Assembly (NCBI RefSeq): GCF_050013435.1
Contig: NZ_JBEKFG010000004.1
Location: forward strand, 12,967 to 76,966
Direction of reading: 5' to 3'
Source of the DNA: Candidatus Binatus sp.
Lineage (GTDB): Bacteria; Desulfobacterota; Binatia; Binatales; Binataceae
DNA length: 64,000 nt
In this document: positions 37,599-46,328 of the stretch, one piece after another
Numbering within the stretch: the stretch's first letter is position 1
Layout of the letters: the number at the start of each line of letters is the position of its first letter
Made by a program: the position numbers and the translations under genes
Notes under the pieces: generated by a model
What the model was told of the DNA's origin: nothing
The model's input: only the letters and a program-made list of their open reading frames with translations
Databases searched by the model: none

Positions 37599-38873
37599 GT
37601 GGAGGAGGACATGGGCACCAAAACAGCGATCGAATTAATGCAAGAGGAGTTGTTCAGAAAATCGCAAATGTTCGAGCGATATTCGGGATTCTGGTACGAG
37701 CAGCAGTCGTTCCTAGAAATGACCCGGATTGCAGGCTCAAGTCAGCTGGAATTCCTTTCCAAGGCAACCGAAGCGGCGCGTCTGTCGTTTAGCGCGGCTG
37801 ATCTAGTGGGTAGTTCGCTTTTGAAAACCCCTCTCGCTGCCCTTACGAAATCTTTTGCTGAACAGGCGACAGCCTTTCAGCAGATCAATAGATCGATAGC
37901 TAGCGATATGGGACGATTTGCACTGATTTCTGAGCAAATCGCGGCTCGGTTCCGTATGCCAGCGATCGAAGAAATGGCCGCGCTTAGAAATATGCTCGAA
38001 GCTGCTCACGAGGCCACAAGGTTCGTTGCGGAAAAAATGAATTTCCTTCGGGCGGCGGAGTCTTTTCAGGTCGCTTGGATCAATATCGAATCTCCGTTGA
38101 ATTCGCTTAAAGCCTTGTCTGATCTGAACGGGATTGGAAACGCCCTCAAGACTTTCCAACCCTTCGAATCTGAGTTAACGGGTATCCTACGATCGTCTCT
38201 AGGTGACTGGCGGAACGTGACAATTCCACAACCAGTCTATGAAGACGCTCTCGAAAGAGTTGATTTCTACGCGGGACAAGGCTTTGACCTCGAACTCACA
38301 AATTTCCCACAGCCCGCATTCGACCTGATTCTTGATGCGGCAGAGATCCGGCCCAGGTCGCCCTCGCTGGCGGTACGCAAGCTTGAAGGCGCGGTCACGA
38401 TAGAGCTTCTCACGGATCACGAATCTATGATGGGATTCGCCTACGATCTGTTGTTTGAACTCGAGAGCCGATTTAGAGCTTTCATCCACCGGCAGATGGT
38501 CAGCAGGTTCGGAGAGCAGTGGTTACAGCGTCAGGTTCCGGGTCCGATGCGGAAAGCGTGGGAAAGTAAACGAGCGGTGGCCCTTGAGCGAGGCGAACCC
38601 ATACAGGATTTGATTTTCTACGCAGACTTTACAGACTATGTAACAATCATATGCAGACGCGATAACTGGAATAGTGCTTTTCGAGAAGTGTTTCTCCGAA
38701 AGGAGGGCGTCCAGGAGGCATTTTATCGTCTCTTCCCGATCCGGATTTGCACAATGCACGCGCGACCGATCACACAGGCAGACCTGCTGCTGCTCTTCGT
38801 AGAGTCGGACCGCCTGCTCAAAGCCATCGACGCTAAATCGCGAAGAGCCACCAGAGAGGTCACGGCCCGATAA
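37599..38873 (+). CDS. HEPN-domain protein (C-terminal Swt1/Abi-like HEPN with Rx4H motif) in low-GC islet
   Basis: The C-terminal 140 aa read ..DLIFYADFTDYVTIICRRDNWNSAFREVFLRKEGVQEAFYRLFPIRICTMHARPIT.. (R-x4-H HEPN signature). The N-terminal 280 aa are helical and unassigned. Local GC is about 48-50% against about 66% in the flanks. Confidence 0.5.
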   Translation: MEEDMGTKTAIELMQEELFRKSQMFERYSGFWYEQQSFLEMTRIAGSSQLEFLSKATEAARLSFSAADLVGSSLLKTPLAALTKSFAEQATAFQQINRSIASDMGRFALISEQIAARFRMPAIEEMAALRNMLEAAHEATRFVAEKMNFLRAAESFQVAWINIESPLNSLKALSDLNGIGNALKTFQPFESELTGILRSSLGDWRNVTIPQPVYEDALERVDFYAGQGFDLELTNFPQPAFDLILDAAEIRPRSPSLAVRKLEGAVTIELLTDHESMMGFAYDLLFELESRFRAFIHRQMVSRFGEQWLQRQVPGPMRKAWESKRAVALERGEPIQDLIFYADFTDYVTIICRRDNWNSAFREVFLRKEGVQEAFYRLFPIRICTMHARPITQADLLLLFVESDRLLKAIDAKSRRATREVTAR

Positions 38874-39039
38874 TCGGATTAGTCTGCGGCCCCGCGCATC
38901 GTGGATCAAAACCGGCAAAACCTTGCAGAGCGAGGCAATCCGGAGCCAAGCGGCGGTCGGGATGACGGAGTGAGACGGAATGGGGCGCGAGAGGAACTTG
39001 GAATTTGGACCCGCTCCCGACGCTCGATGACTCGCGTCG

Positions 39040-39240
39040 GCCTCGCCCTGTCAGGGCGAGGCACGACTAACGCCGGACACCGGAGTTTCCGGCGAGATTC
39101 TTCGCTACAGCAGCTTTCGCTCAGAATGACACGGGCGCCGCTTGCTTTTTTTCCGTCATCCTGAGCGCAGCGAAGGATCTCGCGCGCCAGCGCGTATCGC
39201 TTCAGCACCAACATCCGGTTACGCACAGCTCTCCTGTCGG
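39040..39240. repeat. Mosaic intergenic repeat (family A) copy
   Basis: Palindrome GGCCTCGCCCTGTCAGGGCGAGGC, then a 135-nt module nearly identical to 27046..27174. Confidence 0.85.
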
Positions 39241-39271
39241 AGTGGTGCCGAGGGATGGAGGCTGGAGAAAA

Positions 39272-41821
39272 CTATTCCGCGATGCGGTCGCGCGAGGCTA
39301 GTTGGGCGCGGGCGGGCTTGCGTGCAGAGGCCGTCGCTTCCGCAGTCGAAGGCTGACGTATCAGCACGCCGAGCGGCGCGAGATTCAGTTCGGTGGCGCA
39401 TTGCTCGGTCGCGCGATGCGCGACGCGTCCGGCCTCGACCATCTCGGCAATTATGCACACCGCGCCGGCCATCGTGAGCGCCCCCAGGCCAAGCGCGATC
39501 TCAGGCAGTCCCGCGATCGCGGCGACGGCCGCGCTGATCACGCCCGCCGCCAGAGCCAGCTTGGTGATTCGAGTGGACTTTATCCGCACCAGTACGCGGT
39601 TGGTGACCTTGCCCGCCTCGTGCTCTTCGTCGGCGGTCTTGAGTTCGATTCGGGTCCACGGATTGGGGCGCACTTCGAGGTCGTAGTCGTTCCATCCCGC
39701 ATCGACGACGGCGCCATGGCCGCTGCGCGCGAACAGCTTCAGCATCCGGTCCATCAGGCGGTCACGCGTGATGCTTTCGTCGTTCCAATAGTCCAGCCGG
39801 ATCGAACGCCTGAGCCAGTTGATGGTTGGGCGTTGGCGCACGCCGTCGGCGCCCGCGAGTCCGGTCAGGGCTTTCGCCCGCGTCTTGTAGCGCGTCATCG
39901 TTCGCACCATCGGTCCCGTGTAAGCGAGATACGCGATCAGAAGTCGCGCGGTAAAACTTTGGTGAGATTTTTCCAGCGGCGCATGCCACGCATAGTAGAG
40001 CGCCCAAATCGGCCCGAGCGCGAGCATCGCAGCCGCGGGAATGATCGACACCCCAAGCACGATCGACGCGGCAATCGCGATCGCCGAGAGCACGGTCCAT
40101 TCGAGCGTCTGCGGGAGAACCCTGGCCAGGGTAAGTGCGGGATCGAAAATCGTCTGCGCGCCTGCGGTTGCATTCCAGAGCACGCGTTTGCGGCTGCCGC
40201 CCGGAATAGTGCGCGCGAGGCCGGGAATCGTGCCGCGCCACGCGATTTGGCCCATCACGTTGAAGCGCTCGGGATAGCGCGGATACAGCATCGCCTCGGC
40301 GCGTCCATAGCCGCGCTGCTGTCCGTAGTAAGCCTTGACCGTGTTGCGCCGGAAGTGCCAGACGAAGGCGGCCGGCGAGAAGCCGAGCTTGAAGCCCGCG
40401 TCGAGCAATCGCCAGCAAATGTCAACGTCGTCGCCCGCCGACGTGAACTGCGGATCGAATCCGCCAATCTTCGCGAGCGCCGCCTTGGAGAAGAGCATGT
40501 TGCAGCCTGCCAGATGCTCGGCGCGATCCTCGGCGACCAGCACGTGGCACGGGGCGCCCGGCGATGCGGCGCAACTGGCTTCGATCCAGCCGTCTTCGTG
40601 CGGCGCGTAGTTCGGTCCGCCGCATCCGTCGAAGTTGTTTTCGATCATCAAGCGGACCATCAGCGTCAGCCAATGCGGATCGACGACGCAGTCCGAATCG
40701 GTGTAGGCGATTATTTCGCCGCGCGCCGCATGCATCCCGACGTTGCGCGCGACGCCGAGGCCCTTGTTGGGCTGGCGAATGAGACGGAACTCCGGAAAGT
40801 CCATCGAGATGTCAGCGGTGCGATCGCGCGAGCCGTCATCGACGATGACCACCTCGAAATTGGGGTAGTCGAGGCGGCGCAGCGACTCCAGGCAATCGCG
40901 CATGGTGCGCTCGGCGTCGTACGCGCAAATCACCACCGACACCATCGGCGTCTTCGGCGGCCGCGGCGGGCAGGTGCCATTGAGCGTCACGAACGGCATC
41001 ACATCCGACGCGCGCATCATGCGCACGCCAAGCCAGTCTTGAGAAACCGGAGCAGGAACGGGAGGAGCAACCACGCCAGCCGCACCCGTGCCAAACGCCA
41101 CTGCTACCGCCTCGTCCTGCCCCGGCGATGCCTGTCTGAATTCGATCACCACCGGCCGCGCCTCCGCGAGGTTGTGCAAGGCGACGACGAAATCGCGAAT
41201 CTCGAGCGGCTCGAGCGCCGGGATTTCCGCGTAAAGAAAATCTTCTTCGAGGATTGAAAGGGCGCGCGTTTCCGGCCGCACCTTTATCCCGACCATCGCG
41301 TCAGGCGCGCGTCCCTTGATCGTCTTTACCACGCCGCGCAGGCGCCGCCGCGCGTTTTCGAGTCCGCCCGCGCGCAGCGCGTCCGGGGCGATTTCGCAAT
41401 TGAGGATGTAACCGGCCAGGGCCGGATGCGTGGCGAAAATGTTTGTTGTATGCGCGATCCGCGAGACCACGGATTTCCATCCGCGGCGGCTGGTCAGCTC
41501 GTCGGCCGTGATTCTCAACTCGACCATCGCGACCAGTCCCGACTGGGCCGCGATGTCCAGGCAGGGCTGCGCATTCGCCTCGGTCAGCACCAGGCCGGTG
41601 GTGTGCGAGGCTCTGAGGTCGTCGAGTCGCTTTCTTAGTTTGAGCTTGTGAGCAAACTCGAGTGTCGCGCTGACGTCGGCGAGGCGCATCGCCTTGAAAA
41701 AGAACTTCTGTCCGGCACGGGCAAGGAACTTACCGTGCGGGGTGACGCGTTGGACCGGACCGGAATTGGTAAGCATCTGATGTAGGCGCCCTCTCGATAA
41801 GGACCCAAGTGCCAAAGCCAT
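39272..41821 (-). CDS. Multidomain processive family-2 glycosyltransferase (N-terminal GH-like/unknown domain + GT2 + C-terminal multi-TM domain)
   Basis: GT2 core MVSVVICAYDAERTMRDCL..VVIVDDGS..YTDSDCVVDPHWL (DxD). GQQRGYGRAEA occupies the QxxRW position of cellulose/chitin/PNAG synthase-type GT2 enzymes. At least 6 TM helices follow. Confidence 0.6.
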   Translation of the reverse strand: MALALGSLSRGRLHQMLTNSGPVQRVTPHGKFLARAGQKFFFKAMRLADVSATLEFAHKLKLRKRLDDLRASHTTGLVLTEANAQPCLDIAAQSGLVAMVELRITADELTSRRGWKSVVSRIAHTTNIFATHPALAGYILNCEIAPDALRAGGLENARRRLRGVVKTIKGRAPDAMVGIKVRPETRALSILEEDFLYAEIPALEPLEIRDFVVALHNLAEARPVVIEFRQASPGQDEAVAVAFGTGAAGVVAPPVPAPVSQDWLGVRMMRASDVMPFVTLNGTCPPRPPKTPMVSVVICAYDAERTMRDCLESLRRLDYPNFEVVIVDDGSRDRTADISMDFPEFRLIRQPNKGLGVARNVGMHAARGEIIAYTDSDCVVDPHWLTLMVRLMIENNFDGCGGPNYAPHEDGWIEASCAASPGAPCHVLVAEDRAEHLAGCNMLFSKAALAKIGGFDPQFTSAGDDVDICWRLLDAGFKLGFSPAAFVWHFRRNTVKAYYGQQRGYGRAEAMLYPRYPERFNVMGQIAWRGTIPGLARTIPGGSRKRVLWNATAGAQTIFDPALTLARVLPQTLEWTVLSAIAIAASIVLGVSIIPAAAMLALGPIWALYYAWHAPLEKSHQSFTARLLIAYLAYTGPMVRTMTRYKTRAKALTGLAGADGVRQRPTINWLRRSIRLDYWNDESITRDRLMDRMLKLFARSGHGAVVDAGWNDYDLEVRPNPWTRIELKTADEEHEAGKVTNRVLVRIKSTRITKLALAAGVISAAVAAIAGLPEIALGLGALTMAGAVCIIAEMVEAGRVAHRATEQCATELNLAPLGVLIRQPSTAEATASARKPARAQLASRDRIAE

Positions 41822-42088
41822 GCCACCGGGAAACCCCAGCGATTATGCGGCTTTTTCGGCAAACGCCCACCTCGCGCCAACCAATTGGGATGAGCCCTGT
41901 ACGATTTGCGCCTCGGGCACGGACTCGGAGCGAACGATTCGCAGGGTGCAAAATCAGGCAGGGTGCCTCCTTTGCAAAATCAGGCAGGATTCCTCGTAAT
42001 CGACACGCTAGATTGGTTATTTTGCGAATGTTATACGTCATTTGGTTGACACATCAACGTTGGAATCCTCCGACCGGGTTTTACCGCA

Positions 42089-43834
42089 ATGAAACTACTG
42101 CTTGCTTGTGGATGCTGCAGGCCATCAAAGTTCAAACGACACCGTGATACGACCGACGCGCCAATTGAGGCCACCCCCGAAGAACTGCAGGCGATAAGGC
42201 TGCAGCTGGCTGAGATCGAGCAATCGCTCTCGCGCCTATGGGGTCCGACAATTTGGAGCCGCACGCCCGAGTGCATCCAGGTACGCGCCGAGGCGGCGGA
42301 CCTGATCGACCGGCACTTCGACGGCATCGTCGACCAGTGGGTAGAGGCGATCGCCGCCATCACCGACAGCCGCGCTGAATACGATGAAAAGGCGCGCAGA
42401 GCCAGTTTGATCAATGCGCTGATCCGGCTGGGCGATCATCTGCGCGATCCCGACGACATTTGCACCTACGTTTATCTGCGCAAGCATTGCCAGGAGGGGA
42501 TGCTGGCGCGGGCCAAACCCTCTCAGTTCAACACTATCCACATCGCGCTCAAGCAAATAATTCTCAATCACGTAAAATCCTCAATGACCGGTCCCGCGAT
42601 GGAATTGGTGCGCGACCTGGTGGTCGCGGCAATCGACGAGCGGCGCCTGATGGTCTCGCAGTTCTACATCGAATCGCGCGAACGGTTGCTGCGCGAATCC
42701 GAAGAGAAGTACCGCAACACGATCGACCACGCGCCCGATCCAATGTATGAGATCGAAGCGGATACCTGGATCGTGACCGGGCTGAATGCGGCTGCCCTGC
42801 GGCTCCATCAAACGGAGGTGCCAGCAGCCGCCAGAGGTTGGTATGACCACGGCCATGACAAGATGCAGATTATTGGATATCCGATCACAGATTTCGTACC
42901 GCCGGAGCTAAGGGGAAGGGTGATCGACAGCCTGGAGACGGTTTTGCGCCAGGGATCGGCACAGAGCTCGGAATTTCCGATCGGGCCGCTCTTCTTCGAC
43001 GTAAACATCGCGCTGATCACCTATGGCAAGAAGGAATTCATCCAGATGATCTTGCGCGACGTGACGCAACGGCGCGACATGCTCGACTCGCTGATCAAGG
43101 CCGAGCGATTGGCGGCGGCGGGCACCTTCGCGGCGGGCGTGGCGCATGAGGTGAACAACCCGTTGGCGTCGATTTCATCGCTGGTTCAATCGATCCTGAC
43201 CGGCGAGAACGACCCCCAGCGGCGCACCACGCTGCACACCATCCTGTCCCAGATCACGCGCATCTCGAGCACGCTCAAGGACCTGGTGAATTTCGCGCGA
43301 CCGACCACGGCGCAACGCAAGCCGGTGGACGTCAACGGGCTGATCGGCGAGACGCTGCGGCTGATCAGCTACAACACCCGCTTCAGCGGCATCCAGGTTG
43401 AACCCATCCTTGATCCCGATCTGCGCCGCGCGTTTGCCGACGACAACGAAATTCAGCAGGTGCTGCTCAATCTGCTGTTCAACGCCGCCGACGCCTCCCC
43501 TGCCCAGGGCGGCGTGATCAAGGTGATCACCGAGAACCAGCGCGCCGGACAGGGCGCGGACAAATCGCGCCGGGTGGTTATCAAGGTGGTGGACAACGGG
43601 ATCGGAATCCCGCGCGAATATCTGGAACGCGTGTTCGATCCATTCTTCACCACCAAGCCCGCGGGCGCCGGCGTCGGACTGGGGCTGTCGCTATGCCAGC
43701 GCATGATCCTGTCCAACCAGGGCACCATTCGGGTTGACAGCGAGGTCGGCCACGGCACCACCATCACCATCACGCTGGCGGCCGCGGAGGATTCGGTCCG
43801 CGCGGAGCAGGCAGCGAGCATGGCCGCGTCTTGA
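42089..43834 (+). CDS. Sensor histidine kinase (PAS + HisKA + HATPase)
   Basis: H-box HEVNNPLASISS. N/G boxes NLLFNAADAS, VVDNGIGIPREYLERVFDPFFTTK, GVGLGLS. PAS region around residues 200-320. Confidence 0.8.
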   Translation: MKLLLACGCCRPSKFKRHRDTTDAPIEATPEELQAIRLQLAEIEQSLSRLWGPTIWSRTPECIQVRAEAADLIDRHFDGIVDQWVEAIAAITDSRAEYDEKARRASLINALIRLGDHLRDPDDICTYVYLRKHCQEGMLARAKPSQFNTIHIALKQIILNHVKSSMTGPAMELVRDLVVAAIDERRLMVSQFYIESRERLLRESEEKYRNTIDHAPDPMYEIEADTWIVTGLNAAALRLHQTEVPAAARGWYDHGHDKMQIIGYPITDFVPPELRGRVIDSLETVLRQGSAQSSEFPIGPLFFDVNIALITYGKKEFIQMILRDVTQRRDMLDSLIKAERLAAAGTFAAGVAHEVNNPLASISSLVQSILTGENDPQRRTTLHTILSQITRISSTLKDLVNFARPTTAQRKPVDVNGLIGETLRLISYNTRFSGIQVEPILDPDLRRAFADDNEIQQVLLNLLFNAADASPAQGGVIKVITENQRAGQGADKSRRVVIKVVDNGIGIPREYLERVFDPFFTTKPAGAGVGLGLSLCQRMILSNQGTIRVDSEVGHGTTITITLAAAEDSVRAEQAASMAAS

Positions 43835-43853
43835 GAATCGAAATGCGATGAAC

Positions 43854-45272
43854 AACGACGCTTCATGGACCGCACAGGAGCGCGGACCGTACCGGCTGCT
43901 GATCGTCGAGGACGAACCCTTGATGCGCTCGATCATCGTTCAGCTGGCGCGCAGCGAAGGCTACGAGGTGACGGAGGCGCCGGCCGCCGCGGTCGCGCTG
44001 CACATCTTCGAAAAAGAAAAAATCGATCTCGCGATTCTCGACCTTAACCTGACCAGCGGCGGCAGCGGACTCGATCTGCTGCGCAAGATGCGCGAACTCG
44101 ACCCCGAGGTGATGGGAATAATCGTCACCGCCTACGCCAGCGTCGAGTCAGCCGTCGAGGCGCTGCACCAGGGCGCTTACGATTACATCACCAAGCCGTT
44201 TGCCAACGATCACCTGAAGAAGGTGATGCGCAACGCGCTCGAGGGCAAGGCGCTGTTCAGGGAGAACCGTTTTCTGCGCCAGGAACTGCGCGAGAAGTAT
44301 CGCTTCGAGAGCATCATCGGCAAAAGCGACGCTATCGAAAGCGTGTTCCGCGTCATGGAAAAAGTCGCGCGCACCGACACCAGCGTGTTGATCACCGGTG
44401 AGTCCGGCACCGGCAAGGAACTGGTCGCCCGCGCGATTCATTTCAGCTCCGACCGGGCCAGCAACCGCTTCCTGCCGATCAATTGCGGCGCGCTGCCCGA
44501 GAACCTGCTCGAGAGCGAACTGTTCGGCTACAAACGCGGGGCATTCACGGGCGCCGGGGCGGACAAGGTGGGCCTGCTCAAGGCCGCCGACAAGGGCACC
44601 GTCCTGCTCGACGAGATTGGCGAGTTGCCGCTCGCGCTGCAGGTCAAACTGCTGCGCGCGCTCCAGGAGCGCGAGGTCTACCCGCTGGGCGCCAACGATC
44701 CGGTGGCGTTCGACGTGCGCGTGCTGTGCGCCACCAATCGCAACCTCGAATCCGAGGTCAAGGCCGGCCGCTTCCGCGAGGAACTGCTCTACCGAATCAA
44801 CGTCATCAACATCAACCTGCCCGGTTTGCGCGAGCGTCAGGACGATATTCCCCTGCTCGCCAACCATTTCCTGCGCAAGTACGAGAAGTCGTTGCCGCGA
44901 ACTGCGATGCGCTTTTCCAAAGGCGCGATGCGCCTGCTGATCAACTACGCGTGGCCGGGCAACGTCCGCGAACTCGAAAACGCCGTCGAGCGCGCCGCGA
45001 TTCTGGCCGAGACCGACGTCATCCATTCGCACGATTTGCCCGACAAGCTGCGCAGCACGTCGCCGGTGATGGCGAGTATCGAGAACTCGGGCCTCACGCT
45101 CGAGGAGCTCGAGCGCGAGCATATCAAACGCGTGCTCGACAAGGTCGAAAACGACAAGGTGAGGGCCGCGCAGGTGCTCGGCATTCACCTCTCGACGCTC
45201 TATCGCAAGGTTCAGCGCTACCACCTCGACGGCGACCTCCCGGTGAATCAGGAGCCTGCGCGCTCGGCATGA
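43854..45272 (+). CDS. Sigma-54-dependent response regulator (NtrC family: REC + AAA+ sigma54-activator + Fis HTH)
   Basis: [22 protein letters not shown]+ GESGTGKEL with GAFTGA motif and ESELFGY. C-terminal [17 protein letters not shown]. Confidence 0.85.
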   Translation, partial: NDASWTAQERGPYRLLIVEDEPLMRSIIVQLARSEGYEVTEAPAAAVALHIFEKEKIDLAILDLNLTSGGSGLDLLRKMRELDPEVMGIIVTAYASVESAVEALHQGAYDYITKPFANDHLKKVMRNALEGKALFRENRFLRQELREKYRFESIIGKSDAIESVFRVMEKVARTDTSVLITGESGTGKELVARAIHFSSDRASNRFLPINCGALPENLLESELFGYKRGAFTGAGADKVGLLKAADKGTVLLDEIGELPLALQVKLLRALQEREVYPLGANDPVAFDVRVLCATNRNLESEVKAGRFREELLYRINVININLPGLRERQDDIPLLANHFLRKYEKSLPRTAMRFSKGAMRLLINYAWPGNVRELENAVERAAILAETDVIHSHDLPDKLRSTSPVMASIENSGLTLEELEREHIKRVLDKVENDKVRAAQVLGIHLSTLYRKVQRYHLDGDLPVNQEPARSA

Positions 45273-45360
45273 GGGGATGGCAACAGGCGTGGCAATCCGG
45301 CAGTCAAGGATATAGACTTTTCGCTAGACCGACTGGACGGCAGCCGGCGCGGAGAAAAAT

Positions 45361-45576
45361 ATGGATCTGTTTGCGCCAACTCACCTGCTGATCATTCTGC
45401 TGATCATTCTGGTCATCTTCGGGCCCAGCAAGCTCGGCGATGTCGGCGGCGCGATGGGCAAAGCGATTCGCGATTTCAAACGCGCGATGAACGAGCCCGA
45501 CGATACGGCCAAGACGGTAGCCAAGCCCGACGAGGCGAAGGCCGCCGATGTTGTAAAGCCCGACAAGATTTCCTGA
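45361..45576 (+). CDS. tatA: Twin-arginine translocase subunit TatA/E
   Basis: MDLFAPTHLLIILLIILVIFGPSKLGDVGGAMGKAIRDFKRAM, the canonical TatA TM plus amphipathic helix. Confidence 0.85.
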   Translation: MDLFAPTHLLIILLIILVIFGPSKLGDVGGAMGKAIRDFKRAMNEPDDTAKTVAKPDEAKAADVVKPDKIS

Positions 45577-45983
45577 TCCGCCGCGCTCCGCCAACTTTCC
45601 CGGACATTCACTTAATGCGCCTGCGATAACGCGCGTCCGTAACACGCGTCATCGATCCTTTCGATCCGTCCGCAGCGTGGGCCCAGCCTGATTGGATGCG
45701 CCATGCGCCCGACATCAAGACGGTCCCGGCGCGCCGCACAAGCGAGTGCGGCAGACTGCCCGAGCGCGCACGCGATCAAATCCAATTTTGTTCGCGCTGA
45801 TCGCACTGACCGCCATCAGCGTATTCGCCGCGAGGAGGATCGGTGTACCTGATGGAGCTGAAGGTGCTCTGCAGAACCAAATTGGTCTGGAAAATCTTGC
45901 AGAGGGAGGCTGTCTGGATTAAAAACAATTTGTAATCAGGAAGTTAAAATCAAAGAGCAAATTGTGATCGCGCGGATTGCGTT

Positions 45984-45999
45984 CGGCATAAAAATTGCT
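45984..45999 (+). promoter_or_regulatory. Candidate sigma-54 (-24/-12) promoter for the upstream cytochrome operon
   Basis: cGGCAT-AAAAA-TTGCT, with GG and GC 12 nt apart as in the TGGCAC-N5-TTGC consensus. Same element ahead of the second cytochrome operon. An NtrC-type activator is encoded 700 nt upstream. Confidence 0.45.
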
Positions 46000-46017
46000 T
46001 AAATAACAGAGCAATGA

Positions 46018-46328
46018 TTTTAGAAATATTAATGAGCGGGCATTTTCCCAAGGTTTACAAGGCGGTCGCCGAAGCGCCCAAAACCATGCTGACTCTTTCG
46101 GATACGACCACATCGCCTTTTGGATACAGTTGTGCCGCTCGGGACAATGTGCGACCGCCGGCATTGAGCCGCTGAACGAACGTTTTTAACGACGGCAGGC
46201 GCCTGAAACGGAGACGGCAAGATGGACAGGGTTACCGCCGATCAGTCCAAAGAGTTGATGGGTTTGCCGCTCAGGAGCCACCTAATGGTACTGGCTAGCC
46301 ACACGAACCGACGGCAGATGGTGAGCGA
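46018..46328 (+). promoter_or_regulatory. Long conserved 5' leader (about 210 nt shared with 54657..54863), candidate cis-regulatory RNA / upstream-ORF region
   Basis: About 75% identity over 210 nt with blocks of exact identity (TTTAGAAATATTAATGAG, GGGCATTTTCCCAAGG, CGGATACGA, CTTTTGGA-ACAGTTGT, CGACGGC, GGAGACGGCAA-ATGGA). In this copy the conserved block ends at an ATG opening a 36-codon upstream ORF (46221..46331), directly ahead of the cytochrome start. Confidence 0.5.

Noticed and set aside
37803-38918. Three minus-strand ORFs (118, 96 and 131 aa) inside the low-GC islet
   Set aside because: All are embedded in and antisense to the 424-aa HEPN-protein frame. None has a recognisable start context.
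39302-41257. 651-aa plus-strand ORF overlapping the GT2 gene
   Set aside because: It is an antisense artefact. The GT2 frame carries the DxD, QxxR(W/Y) and TM signatures.
46029-46220. Minus-strand ORFs 46029..46220 and 54667..54957, both ending in ...LGKMP(A/S)H
   Set aside because: The similarity is explained by the conserved non-coding leader DNA, not by a conserved protein. They are antisense to the leader and have no RBS.
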